A stretch of DNA of 64,000 nt from Candidatus Latescibacterota bacterium (GCA_019038625.1 JAHOYU010000078.1:1687-65686); one strand, 5' to 3'; counted from the stretch's first letter, positions 26,974 through 36,517 are shown. Translations and numbers: made by a program. Notes: generated by a model not told the origin, from the letters alone.

Positions 26974-27387
26974 ATGTCGCTGACTTTGAAAGCATTAAAG
27001 AAATCACCGTGGGTGTTTCATGTCAATACGGGTGCATGCAACAACTGTGACATTGAAATTCTAGATGCTCTGACTCCAAGGTTCGATGTGGAAAGATTCG
27101 GCATCGTACTTGTCGGAAGCATAAGGCATGCTGATGTTCTTTTGATCAGCGGCCCGGTCTCGAGAAATATTCTTCCGAGATTGAAGCGTCTTTATGACGC
27201 GGCGCCTAAACCGATCAAGGTGATCGTCGTAGGGGCATGTGGTTGCACGTGTGGGATCTTTAAGGACGGGTACAACATTATCGGCCCGGTCGACAAGCAC
27301 ATCCCCGTGGATGCGTATGTGCCGGGATGTCCGCCGAAGCCTGAAACGCTGATTGCGGGAGTGGTGAAAGTACTCAGTACGCTGTAG
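26974..27387 (+). CDS. NuoB/MbhJ/EchC-like hydrogenase small subunit (proximal 4Fe-4S)
   Basis: 'CNNCDIE', 'VGACGCTCG', 'YVPGCPPKPE' are the four Cys ligands of the N2-type cluster. Confidence 0.85.
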   Translation: MSLTLKALKKSPWVFHVNTGACNNCDIEILDALTPRFDVERFGIVLVGSIRHADVLLISGPVSRNILPRLKRLYDAAPKPIKVIVVGACGCTCGIFKDGYNIIGPVDKHIPVDAYVPGCPPKPETLIAGVVKVLSTL

Positions 27388-27427
27388 ACAGGATAACAGG
27401 GCGGCCCATCGCCAGAGAGAGCGCAGA

Positions 27428-27949
27428 ATGCAGAAAGAAGAACTGAAAAAGAAAATAGCCGAAAAGTTCGGAGAAAAGGTCACAATAGATGAACGTTCGG
27501 AGAAACGTGTATACATCTACGTAGAGAACGATATCTGGGTAGACCTGGCCGATTTCCTGTTCAACGATATGGACATCCGTTTTGATACGGGGGTTGGACT
27601 CGATGACCGGGATGGAGTCGAAATAATGTTTTTCTTCCCTGTCGACAGCGAACATTACTTTGTGACGATCAAGACTTTCCTTAAAAAACCTCATCCGGCA
27701 ATTGAGTCGATCTCGAATATCATACCGGGTGCAAAGTGGATAGAGAGAGAGATCTTCGAGATGTTTGAAGTGAATTTCCTCAATCATCCGGATCTCAGGC
27801 CCGTTCTCAGGTGCGATACGCGTCCCAAGGACTTCTATCCCCATAAGAGGGAAAATAAGGATGACCACGAGACGGCAAGAAGGAAGAACGACGGAGACGA
27901 TAGATTCAACGAAATCTGGGGGAAGCCCTACAAGGGCAAGAATCCCTGA
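27428..27949 (+). CDS. NuoC/MbhK-like 30-kDa-family subunit
   Basis: NuoC-like 'AKWIEREIFEMFEVNFLNHPDLRPVL' region; ~173 aa between NuoB-like and NuoD-like genes. Confidence 0.65.
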   Translation: MQKEELKKKIAEKFGEKVTIDERSEKRVYIYVENDIWVDLADFLFNDMDIRFDTGVGLDDRDGVEIMFFFPVDSEHYFVTIKTFLKKPHPAIESISNIIPGAKWIEREIFEMFEVNFLNHPDLRPVLRCDTRPKDFYPHKRENKDDHETARRKNDGDDRFNEIWGKPYKGKNP

Positions 27950-27993
27950 GCCAGTTCCGGCATTCAGTGCCGTTTTGATAATGAGGTGAACGA

Positions 27994-29199
27994 ATGGTAA
28001 AAAAGATCCCAATCGGCCCGTTTCATCCGATTCTTGAAGAACCCGAGTTTTTCGAGCTGCATGTCGATGGTGAAAAAGTAGTCGATATTGACATGACGAT
28101 AGGCTGGAGCCACCGTGGGATCGAGATCCTGTCGGAGCACAAGACATGGGATCAGGTCCCGTTTCTGGTGGAGAGGATCTGCGGTATCTGTTCCTGCTCC
28201 CATCCATATGCATACGTGAAGGCTGTAGAGGACCTTTTACAGGTGGAAGTGCCGAAACGCGCTCAGTATGTACGGGTGATAATAGCAGAGTTGGAAAGGC
28301 TTCACAGCCATCTGCTGTGGACAGGCCTTGCCGGCCATTTCATCGGCTATAACACTGTTTTCATGTGGTGCTGGAAATACAGGGAACCTGTTCTCGACAT
28401 CCTCGAGGCCGTAACAGGAAACAGGAACCATTACGCGATGATGCGTATCGGAGGCGTAAGACGGGATATCCCCATGGAGGAGTACGGAAATATCCGAAAG
28501 CTTCTCGATTATGTCTGGGAAAAGAACAACATGCTGACGAACGCGATTCTCGATGATCCGGTAATACACGCGCGGACCAAGAATGTCGGGATCCTGGATA
28601 AGAAGCATTGCAGACTGTATGGAGCTCTTGGACCAACGGCAAGGGCGGGTGGTTATGATGTCGACGCGAGACGGGACCACCCGATCGACGCCTATGGAGA
28701 ACTCGATTTCGACGTGATCGTCTGCAAGAACGGTGATGTGTTCGACAAGGCTGTCGTAAGACAGCTCGAGAACTTCGAATCGATAAAGATCATCCGCCAG
28801 TGTCTCGACAGGCTCGAGGATCTGGGGCCGGGTACGGAAGAGGATCTCTGCCTTGAGATAGGCGAGATTCCTCCGGGAGAAGGTATCGGCACATACGAAG
28901 CGCCGAGAGGAGAGGTTTTTCACTATATACGTTCGAATGGAAAGAATATGCCTATGAGGCACAAGGTGAGAGCCCCGAGCTTCAACAATATTCTGACGAA
29001 CGAACACAGTGTGATTGGAAATTCCGTTGCGGACGCAGGCCTGATAACCGCGGCTGTCGATCCGTGCTATTCATGCACAGAGAGAGTCGGCAGGGTGGAT
29101 GTAGGCACTGGTGACCGTTATATGATGAGCGAGGGAGACCTTATCAGGCTTTCTCAGGAGAAGACAGAACAGATAAGAAAAGAACTGGAAGGTAACTGA
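27994..29199 (+). CDS. Group-4 membrane-bound [NiFe] hydrogenase large subunit (MbhL/EchE/NuoD-like)
   Basis: Both NiFe-ligating motifs intact: L1 'RICGICSCSH' (RxCGxCxxxH) near the N-terminus and L2 'DPCYSCTER' (DPCxxCxxR) at the C-terminus; 401 aa. Confidence 0.85.
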   Translation: MVKKIPIGPFHPILEEPEFFELHVDGEKVVDIDMTIGWSHRGIEILSEHKTWDQVPFLVERICGICSCSHPYAYVKAVEDLLQVEVPKRAQYVRVIIAELERLHSHLLWTGLAGHFIGYNTVFMWCWKYREPVLDILEAVTGNRNHYAMMRIGGVRRDIPMEEYGNIRKLLDYVWEKNNMLTNAILDDPVIHARTKNVGILDKKHCRLYGALGPTARAGGYDVDARRDHPIDAYGELDFDVIVCKNGDVFDKAVVRQLENFESIKIIRQCLDRLEDLGPGTEEDLCLEIGEIPPGEGIGTYEAPRGEVFHYIRSNGKNMPMRHKVRAPSFNNILTNEHSVIGNSVADAGLITAAVDPCYSCTERVGRVDVGTGDRYMMSEGDLIRLSQEKTEQIRKELEGN

Positions 29200-29233
29200 G
29201 GCCGAATAACAGGACGGTTCCGGAGAAAAAAAC

Positions 29234-31111
29234 ATGAATGATCTTCTGTATATTATTATCGTTGCGGCAGTAGCTGGCATTATTCCTCTCCTGGTCCCAA
29301 GGAAGGGCAGCATCGTCGCCGGGATAACAAGCCTGATAGCAGCCGTCTGGATCTTTATCCGTTCGATGCAGCTTTTCAACGCCGGTGAGATCGCATGGAG
29401 TGTCCCTCTGTTCAACCTTGGAGGAGAGATACCGTTCGAGTTCGCGCTGAGGCTGACAGGGTTCAGTTCATTCGTCCTGTTGTTTATCAGCCTCTTCGGA
29501 GTGCTTATCATCCTGTATTCTCTCGGGTATATGAGAGGCAAGGGTCAGGCTTCGATCTATTATTCGTATCTTATGTGGACCCTTGCTGCCGCGGCAGGAG
29601 TGGTCATGGCAGACAACCTGCTTATTCTTCTCGTATTCTGGGAGATTCTGACGGCGATCCTTTTCTTCCTGATAAACATGGGTGGAGAAGGACACGAGAA
29701 GGCTGCGGCGAAGACTTTCACGATACTTGGATTCACCGATGCTACGATGCTTCTCGGAATCATACTCATATGGACGACCTTCGGAACGATATCGATCTCC
29801 GAACTGGCGGCGAATCCGATAGTACCTTCGTCCCCGGTCACAATAATCGCTTTCATATGTCTGTTTATCGGCGCTATCGCCAAGGCCGGCGGGATGCCTT
29901 TTCACAGCTGGATACCTGCTATCGCCAAGCCGACCCACGCTTCGGTCATCGCCTTCCTTCCAGCATCGCTTGACAAGCTTCTTGGCATATATCTGCTGGG
30001 ATTGCTGACTCTGAGGATATTTGCCATCGAACCAGGCGGGCCTCTTTCGATGATGATGATGATAGTCGGCGCGGTTACGATAGTCTTTGCCGTTCTGATG
30101 GCACTCATTCAGAAAAACGTCAAAAAACTTCTTTCCTTTAACGCCATCAGCCAGGTTGGATACATGGTGCTCGGAGTAGGAAGCGGAATCCCCGTCGCCA
30201 TCGCGGGTGGACTCTTTCATATGGTCAACCACGCGATATACAAGAGCGGACTCTTTCTCGGTGCCGGTGCTGTGGAGAAAATGACTGGAACGACTGAGCT
30301 CGAAGATCTCGGAGGACTGGCGAGGTTGATGCCAGTGACGTTCATTACGATGTTAATAGCGGGACTCACTATGTCTGGCGTTCCGCCATTCAGCGGGTTC
30401 GTTTCCAAATGGCTCCTTTACCAGGGGATGCTCGAAGGAAAATACATGATTTTCCTCATAGTGGCGATCTTCGGCAGCGCCCTGACGATGGCTTCGTTCA
30501 TAGGAGTTTTCCACGCTATCTTCCTCGGCCGCAGGCCCGAGAAATTCGATAATGTTCGTGAAGTCGACTTCTCCATGCAGCTTCCGATGATTTTCATAGC
30601 AATTCTCTGTATCGGGTTTGGAATATTCGCCAGCTATCCGCTGCAGAATTTCATTCTTCCTGTAGTAAGCGATGCGAGCGGGATCTCGATGTCCGGTTTT
30701 GAAGTGATCACTGAGAACACGAATGGATTCTGGAGCCCGACGAGCGCTACGATCCTTATGGTGGTAGGGCTGGTAGTAGGACTGATAATCTTTGCCTTCG
30801 GACGCATCAAAAAGAACCTGAGATATGACGATAATACGTGGACAGGGGGAAACATCCTCGAGAATGAAGAGATAAGGATCCCCGGCACACATTTCTATAA
30901 AACAGTGACAGATGAACTGAACCCGGTTGCGACCGGAGCATTCAACGATGGAGAGAAAGGCGCCTATGATCTGTACAATATCTTTGGCCGCCTTGGAGAT
31001 CTCGTTGTTCAGTTCCTGAGGTCCATGCATGACGGGATCCTGTCCACCTATCTTTCGTGGGCCGTGATAGGTCTCGGTGTACTTGCATTCATACTAATGT
31101 TCCGTTGGTAA
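29234..31111 (+). CDS. MrpA/NuoL-like cation/proton antiporter-type membrane subunit (MbhH-like, long form)
   Basis: 625 aa, ~16+ TM helices, NuoL/M/N-family conserved region ('SQVGYMVLGVGSG...HMVNHAIYKSGLFLGAG'). Confidence 0.75.
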   Translation: MNDLLYIIIVAAVAGIIPLLVPRKGSIVAGITSLIAAVWIFIRSMQLFNAGEIAWSVPLFNLGGEIPFEFALRLTGFSSFVLLFISLFGVLIILYSLGYMRGKGQASIYYSYLMWTLAAAAGVVMADNLLILLVFWEILTAILFFLINMGGEGHEKAAAKTFTILGFTDATMLLGIILIWTTFGTISISELAANPIVPSSPVTIIAFICLFIGAIAKAGGMPFHSWIPAIAKPTHASVIAFLPASLDKLLGIYLLGLLTLRIFAIEPGGPLSMMMMIVGAVTIVFAVLMALIQKNVKKLLSFNAISQVGYMVLGVGSGIPVAIAGGLFHMVNHAIYKSGLFLGAGAVEKMTGTTELEDLGGLARLMPVTFITMLIAGLTMSGVPPFSGFVSKWLLYQGMLEGKYMIFLIVAIFGSALTMASFIGVFHAIFLGRRPEKFDNVREVDFSMQLPMIFIAILCIGFGIFASYPLQNFILPVVSDASGISMSGFEVITENTNGFWSPTSATILMVVGLVVGLIIFAFGRIKKNLRYDDNTWTGGNILENEEIRIPGTHFYKTVTDELNPVATGAFNDGEKGAYDLYNIFGRLGDLVVQFLRSMHDGILSTYLSWAVIGLGVLAFILMFRW

Positions 31112-31136
31112 GAGCGGGTAAGGGAAAGGCAGAAGA

Positions 31137-31733
31137 ATGGAGATTTTTCTCCTCGTATTGACGATATTCATGATTGTTGGATCGATCGTGGCGATAGAAT
31201 CAAAGAACCTTCTTTCGTCGGTGATCTCTGTCGGTATAGTCGGCTTCAGTCTCGGGATCATTTTTCTTATGCTGGGGGCTCCCGATATTGCGATCACACA
31301 GGTCGTAGTAGAGATACTGATACTCGTTATCCTGATCAGAGCGACGATCACAACTGACAATACTGCTATCGAAAAGCACAAGGACACCTTTCCTGTCGTT
31401 GTCAGCCTGATCTTTTTCGGGCTGTTCCTGATCTTCGCCTATTTTGCGGTTCAGGAACTTCCGCAGTTCGGAGATCCTCTTCCCAGAGAAGCGGCAGCTC
31501 ACTATCTCGAAAATGGCGCAGAAGAGACGGGCGCTATGAATATTGTTACAGCCGTGCTTCTCGATTACAGGGCCTATGATACCATGGGGGAAGCGACCGT
31601 ACTTTTTGCTTCTATCGTAGGTTCATTTGTCATCCTGAGAAGACGCGGGAGAAAACATCGGAAGGAAGAAGATACTGAAAAGGTCGGGATCCTCGAAGAT
31701 GAGGATATCAAAAAGAACTTCGAGGGATTCTAG
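31137..31733 (+). CDS. MrpB-N-terminal-like (MbhD/MbhE-like) membrane subunit
   Basis: Small hydrophobic protein at the MrpB position of Mrp-Mbh operons; weak family assignment. Confidence 0.45.
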   Translation: MEIFLLVLTIFMIVGSIVAIESKNLLSSVISVGIVGFSLGIIFLMLGAPDIAITQVVVEILILVILIRATITTDNTAIEKHKDTFPVVVSLIFFGLFLIFAYFAVQELPQFGDPLPREAAAHYLENGAEETGAMNIVTAVLLDYRAYDTMGEATVLFASIVGSFVILRRRGRKHRKEEDTEKVGILEDEDIKKNFEGF

Positions 31734-31743
31734 AGGGAGCGCT

Positions 31744-32244
31744 ATGGATAAGATGGATAAATACATAAAGGACAGCAAGAGCGGGATGACTCCTATAGTC
31801 AAGACGGTAGTGCGTTTTGTCATGGGTATCATCTTTATCTTCGGCGCCTATGTCGTTCTTTACGGCCATCTCACCCCGGGCGGAGGCTTCGCTGGCGGAG
31901 TGATACTTGCCTGTGGATTCATAATCCTTACTCTCGCTTTCGGTAAGGGGCTCGGACTTTCGAAGCTGAGCGATACCTGGGCGTCCATTCTTGATAATTC
32001 CGCTGCCCTGTTATTTCTCACGATCGGTTTTATAGGTTTTTCCGGGGGTTACTTTTTTACGAACGTACTTGGAAAGGGCAAGGAGTTTGCTCTTTTCAGC
32101 GCGGGAACCATACCCCTTTGCAATATAGCTATCGGATTGAAGGTCACAGCGTCCGTATTCGCGGTATTTCTTACGCTTTCGATCTTCGGACGGTTTATTT
32201 CAAAACTTGTTGATGATTATGAAGATGATACTGAAAAGGAGTAA
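31744..32244 (+). CDS. MnhB-domain membrane subunit (MrpB C-terminal-like, MbhF-like)
   Basis: 'GHLTPGGGFAGG' matches the MnhB signature GHxxPGGGFxGG. Start moved to the ATG at 31744 behind RBS 'AGGGAG'. Confidence 0.6.
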   Translation: MDKMDKYIKDSKSGMTPIVKTVVRFVMGIIFIFGAYVVLYGHLTPGGGFAGGVILACGFIILTLAFGKGLGLSKLSDTWASILDNSAALLFLTIGFIGFSGGYFFTNVLGKGKEFALFSAGTIPLCNIAIGLKVTASVFAVFLTLSIFGRFISKLVDDYEDDTEKE

Positions 32245-32250
32245 GGCCTG

Positions 32251-32601
32251 ATGATCCTGTACTTTCTGACGCTGGTGCTTTTCGTGATGGGACTTTACTG
32301 TCTCGTGGCGAAAAAGAATATCATAAAGAAGATCATCGGGATCGTCATCACCGAGTATTCCATCAACCTTTTCCTGGTGCTTGTCGGCTGGCGTAAAGGC
32401 GGGATAGCTCCGATCCTTCTTAAGGGTATGCAGAAGAGTGAGATCGTGGAGAAAGGCGTAGATCCATTACCCCAGGCGCTGGTACTGACTTCGATCGTGA
32501 TCGGGCTCGGTGTACTGGCTCTGATGGTGTCGATCTGCCTGAGACTTTACGAAAAATACAAGACATTCGATATGTCCGAGATTAACAGGCTTCGAGGATA
32601 G
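32251..32601 (+). CDS. MrpC/NuoK-like membrane subunit (MbhG-like)
   Basis: 116 aa, three TM helices, NuoK/MnhC-like. Confidence 0.55.
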   Translation: MILYFLTLVLFVMGLYCLVAKKNIIKKIIGIVITEYSINLFLVLVGWRKGGIAPILLKGMQKSEIVEKGVDPLPQALVLTSIVIGLGVLALMVSICLRLYEKYKTFDMSEINRLRG

Positions 32602-32620
32602 CGTACAAGCAGGAGTACAA

Positions 32621-34120
32621 ATGCAGGCATATTTTCCATTATTTACAGCGATTCCACTGGCCATGGCCTTCATCAATCTGCTGGTCACAAAGGTCAACAA
32701 GAAGGTAACTGATTTTCTTGCATTCCTGGCGATGATCAGCCTGGCCTCAATGGCTATCATGATGCTTTTCGAGTCTCCTTTCTCTTATCAGTTGGGCGGG
32801 TGGGCGCCACCCATCGGTATCCTGCTGGTATCGGATGGCCTCAGCTCGGTGATGCTGGTCATCATCAATGTTATTGGCCTGCTGTCCATGATCTACTCGA
32901 TGAAGTACATGACCACATATACGGCCAAGCCGAAGTTCTACACACTGTTCCTTCTGATGATCGCAGGGATGAACGGCGTAGTCATAACTGGAGACATGTT
33001 CAACTTGTATGTCTTCCTTGAGATCGCGTCGATCGCCTCGTACGCTCTCGTAGGATTTGGCTGCGAGAAAAATGAACTCGAGGCCTCGTTCAAGTACCTG
33101 ATCCTGGGTGGAGTGGCCAGCACGGTTGTACTCTTTGGAATAGCCTTCCTCTATTCGATGACTGGAACTCTCAACATGCCGGATCTCGCGGTCAAGATTC
33201 CAGAGATCGGACACAACCACGCGATGGGATTCGTAATGGCTCTGTTCATCATGGGATTCGGGCTCAAGGCGTCGTCTGTTCCGTTCCATGCCTGGTTGCC
33301 AGACGCGCATCCGAGCGCGCCAGCTCCCATATCCGCCATGCTCTCAGGCGTACTTATCAAGGCTCTTGGCATCTATTCGATCGCAAGGATCATGTTCAAC
33401 ATATTCGGTTCAGACACTATGGTCTCTTCGATACTCATGTTCCTGGGAGCGCTTTCGATGCTTGTCGGCGTCTTCCTCGCTGTCGGACAGCATGATTTTA
33501 AAAGAATGCTGGCGTATCACTCGATAAGCCAGATGGGATATGTGATGATGGGGCTCGGTCTTGGTCTCAATCCGAACGTACCCCCGGCGCTCGCGGCGCT
33601 GGCGTTATTCGGCGGGCTCTTTCATATGGTCAACCACGCTGTTTTCAAGTCCTGCCTCTTTCTCTGTGCCGGTTCTTTCGAATACCGGACGGGGACGAAA
33701 GACAAAACAGAAATGGGTGGGCTTATCAGGCGTATGCCTTTCACATCTGCTACCTGCTCGATAGCCTCGTTATCGATTTCAGGTGTGCCGCCATTTAACG
33801 GATTCTGGAGCAAGCTGATCATCATCGTTGCGTTCATGAAAGCCGGATATACGATATATGGTATTCTGGCGATCCTGGTCGCCTTTATGACGATGATCTC
33901 TTTCATCAGATTACAAATGAATGTTATTTTCGGAAAGCTTCCGGAGAAGTTCGAGAAAATCAAAGAAGCTCCCTTCGCGATGGTACTACCATTGGTCATT
34001 CTGGCAATTCTGTGCCTTGCGCTAGGTATCTTCTATCCGTTGGTCGATCAGAACCTGATCGAAGCTGCGAAAGACGCGTTACTGGACAAGGCGCAATATA
34101 TAAGTTTTCTGGGCAGGTAA
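32621..34120 (+). CDS. MrpD/NuoM-like antiporter-type membrane subunit (second large antiporter subunit)
   Basis: 499 aa; 'SQMGYVMMGLGLG...HMVNHAVFKSCLFLCAGS' NuoL/M/N-family signature. Confidence 0.75.
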   Translation: MQAYFPLFTAIPLAMAFINLLVTKVNKKVTDFLAFLAMISLASMAIMMLFESPFSYQLGGWAPPIGILLVSDGLSSVMLVIINVIGLLSMIYSMKYMTTYTAKPKFYTLFLLMIAGMNGVVITGDMFNLYVFLEIASIASYALVGFGCEKNELEASFKYLILGGVASTVVLFGIAFLYSMTGTLNMPDLAVKIPEIGHNHAMGFVMALFIMGFGLKASSVPFHAWLPDAHPSAPAPISAMLSGVLIKALGIYSIARIMFNIFGSDTMVSSILMFLGALSMLVGVFLAVGQHDFKRMLAYHSISQMGYVMMGLGLGLNPNVPPALAALALFGGLFHMVNHAVFKSCLFLCAGSFEYRTGTKDKTEMGGLIRRMPFTSATCSIASLSISGVPPFNGFWSKLIIIVAFMKAGYTIYGILAILVAFMTMISFIRLQMNVIFGKLPEKFEKIKEAPFAMVLPLVILAILCLALGIFYPLVDQNLIEAAKDALLDKAQYISFLGR

Positions 34121-34137
34121 ATGAAAAAGGGTAATCG

Positions 34138-34623
34138 ATGAAACGATTCTTACATTTTCTGATTCTACTGGGCATCTGGATGCTTTTGACGTGGTCCGTC
34201 GCCTGGCAGGAAGTTCTGGTCGGTGTCGTTGTCGCGCTTATAGCGGAACTGCTGCTTGGAGATATCTTTCCAATAGGAGCGATCAAGCTCTTCAACCCGA
34301 TCAGGCTCTACTGGATGATAGTCTATGCTGTCGTATTTTTAGGTTATGTCATACGGGCGAACTTCGATGTTGCCTACCGGGTCCTGAATCTCTACATGCC
34401 GATCCGCCCCGGGATCGTCAAGGTCAAGATGAGGTTGAAGAGTGATATGGCGAGGACGTTCCTTGCGAATTCTATCACGCTGACACCCGGAACGCTGACG
34501 GTGGATTGTGTCGGTGAAAACCTGTACGTTCACTGGATAAACATTACTTCCGACGATCCGGAGAAGGAAACGGAGATCATCGTATCCCGTTTCGAAAATC
34601 TGTTAGAAAGGATATTTGAGTGA
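34138..34623 (+). CDS. MrpE/MnhE-like subunit (MbhA-like)
   Basis: ~161 aa with two N-terminal TM helices and a soluble tail, in the conserved Mrp order E-F-G. Confidence 0.5.
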   Translation: MKRFLHFLILLGIWMLLTWSVAWQEVLVGVVVALIAELLLGDIFPIGAIKLFNPIRLYWMIVYAVVFLGYVIRANFDVAYRVLNLYMPIRPGIVKVKMRLKSDMARTFLANSITLTPGTLTVDCVGENLYVHWINITSDDPEKETEIIVSRFENLLERIFE

Positions 34624-34874
34624 GTGTCTTTATCGCGCTGTTGATTCTCTGCATTTTCCTCTGCCTGTACAGGGTAGGGAAGGGGCCTACAGCACCCGAC
34701 AGGACGGTGGCGATTGATATTCTTGGAACCCTCGTAGTCGGTTTCTGCGCGATATACTCGATCATCACCAAGAAAGACCTGTATATGAATATCGGAATAT
34801 CCTGGGCTCTTCTGAGTTTCATCGGAACGCTTGCCCTGTCAAAATACCTTGAGGGGAGGGGTTTCGATGAATGA
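34620..34874 (+). CDS. MrpF/MnhF-like subunit (MbhB-like)
   Basis: 84 aa, three TM helices; overlaps the neighbouring genes by a few nt. Confidence 0.5.
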   Translation: MSVFIALLILCIFLCLYRVGKGPTAPDRTVAIDILGTLVVGFCAIYSIITKKDLYMNIGISWALLSFIGTLALSKYLEGRGFDE

Positions 34875-35211
34875 GACGATAGGCCTGATATTTCTTATCA
34901 TCGGTATCACTTTTGACGTAATCGGTTGTATCGGCCTGGTAAGGCTACCCGATGTATATAACCGCCTCCAGGCGGCCACTAAATGCGTCACTCTGGGAAC
35001 GAGCATGATATTACTGGCGGTAGTCTTTTATACCGGCATAAACTCGATCGGTGTAAAAGCCCTGCTCTGTATCTGGTTCGTCCTGATAACTTCTCCAACG
35101 GGAGCTCATGCCATAGCGAGAGCTGCTCACAAGTCAGGTGTCCGGTTATGGAAGGGCAGCGTAATGGATAAATATGCTGAGGACAATGAAGGTGCCGACA
35201 GCTCCTCCTGA
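34867..35211 (+). CDS. MrpG/MnhG-like subunit (MbhC-like)
   Basis: 'MNETIGLIFLIIGITFDVIGCIGLVRLPDVYNRLQAATK' is the typical MnhG N-terminus; ATGAATGA overlap with mrpF. Confidence 0.55.
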   Translation: MNETIGLIFLIIGITFDVIGCIGLVRLPDVYNRLQAATKCVTLGTSMILLAVVFYTGINSIGVKALLCIWFVLITSPTGAHAIARAAHKSGVRLWKGSVMDKYAEDNEGADSSS

Positions 35212-35250
35212 CACGGGAGGCTTTAACTGTAGCGGGGGTTGGTAGATATA

Positions 35251-35877
35251 ATGCGTTATCCAAAACTGAGAGAACTCAAGGAAGCTATCACAGCCCTGAT
35301 CAAGGGGCCGTACACATCGAAGTTCCCCAAGGTACCCGCGACGGTTCCTGAACATTTCCGTGGTACACCGACCTATGTGCCTGACGAATGTGTCGGTTGC
35401 GGTTCGTGCGCCCAGGTATGCCCGGCCGGGGCCATAGAGATCGTTGATGAATACAGGGAAGATGAAGGGAAGATGGTACGCAGGATCGAGAGAAATTGGG
35501 GCAACTGCATATTCTGCAGCCAGTGCTATGAGTACTGCATCACAAACAAGGGAATCGAGCTCGACCCTGATTTCGAGAAATCATGCTTTGATATGGCTGA
35601 TGCGATCAACACGCATGACAAGGAACTGCTCTTCTGCGAGCATTGCAGTACCCCTATCACGGCAAAAGACCATATTAAGTGGATCGGCAAAAAGCTTGGA
35701 GAGCTTTCGTTCGCGAACCCGACCCTTACAGTATACAAATATGGAGAATTAAAATTGGTGGAAGAGGGAACCGGGGACAATCCTCGGAAAAATCTCGAAA
35801 GAGATAATTTCATCAGGGTCCTCTGCCCGAACTGCCGTGCCGCTTATATCCTTTCGGATGAGTGGGGGACAAGCTGA
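35251..35877 (+). CDS. NuoI/MbhN/EchF-like 2x[4Fe-4S] ferredoxin subunit
   Basis: 'CVGCGSCAQVCPAGAI' and 'CIFCSQCYEYC'. The ORF track begins at a TTG (35239); the first ATG is 35251. Confidence 0.7.
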   Translation: MRYPKLRELKEAITALIKGPYTSKFPKVPATVPEHFRGTPTYVPDECVGCGSCAQVCPAGAIEIVDEYREDEGKMVRRIERNWGNCIFCSQCYEYCITNKGIELDPDFEKSCFDMADAINTHDKELLFCEHCSTPITAKDHIKWIGKKLGELSFANPTLTVYKYGELKLVEEGTGDNPRKNLERDNFIRVLCPNCRAAYILSDEWGTS

Positions 35878-35900
35878 CCCGGATGGGATCTTGCGAATTC

Positions 35901-35931
35901 AGGCCTCCCTCTTCGGGGGCCTTTTTTTTTG
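35901..35931 (+). terminator. Rho-independent terminator after the Mbh membrane module
   Basis: Hairpin AGGCCTCCC-tcttc-GGGGGCCT followed by T9. Confidence 0.5.
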
Positions 35932-36028
35932 ATCTTGTAAATGAGAGGGAATGGCACTTCATTAATCAGGACGGCAGGTGATGAGAGTTCCCTGCCAGGG
36001 GAATCGTACCCGGGAGGTGCTTGGATAT

Positions 36029-36517
36029 ATGGAGAAGTTGAGGGAAAAATTGCTGGCACGCCTTGAAGGCAAGCGTTTCGGCGTAGTCGGTATAGGCAAT
36101 GTGATCAAGGGAGATGATGGCGCCGGCTGTGTAGTCGTAGAGGGTCTTCAGGGGAAGATAGACCTCCCGATCGTCGATTGCGCCGAGGTCCCTGAAAATT
36201 ACGGGGGATGGGTAGAGAGGCAGGATCTTGACAGTGCTATATACATCGATGCTGTTGATTTCGGAGGAGAACCGGGGGAAGTGAGGATAATTCCTCTGGA
36301 AAAGATGATGGTGACAGCGAGCAGTACGCATACCCTGTCTCTGCATTATATGATCATCTATCTGAGAGATGAGTGGAAGGGCGATCCGATCATGATCGGG
36401 ATCCAGCCGAAAGAGATGAGGATCGGAGACGGGCTCAGTGATGAGGTGAGCGCCGGGGTGAAGAAATTGACCGATATTCTGATCGAGGCAGCTCTGACTG
36501 ACAAGCAGGATAGATAA
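36029..36517 (+). CDS. hycI: [NiFe]-hydrogenase maturation endopeptidase (HycI/HybD family)
   Basis: 'FGVVGIGNVIKGDDGAGCVVVEGL' N-terminal motif of hydrogenase maturation proteases; start placed at 'MEKLREKL'. Confidence 0.7.
   Translation: MEKLREKLLARLEGKRFGVVGIGNVIKGDDGAGCVVVEGLQGKIDLPIVDCAEVPENYGGWVERQDLDSAIYIDAVDFGGEPGEVRIIPLEKMMVTASSTHTLSLHYMIIYLRDEWKGDPIMIGIQPKEMRIGDGLSDEVSAGVKKLTDILIEAALTDKQDR

Noticed and set aside
35950-35970. Possible sigma-54 promoter (TGGCAC-N5-TAATC) upstream of hycI
   Set aside because: The -24 GG is present but the -12 GC is replaced by AT, so it does not fit the GG-N10-GC rule. The sigma-54 activator in the window is 18 kb away and more likely controls the peptidase genes.
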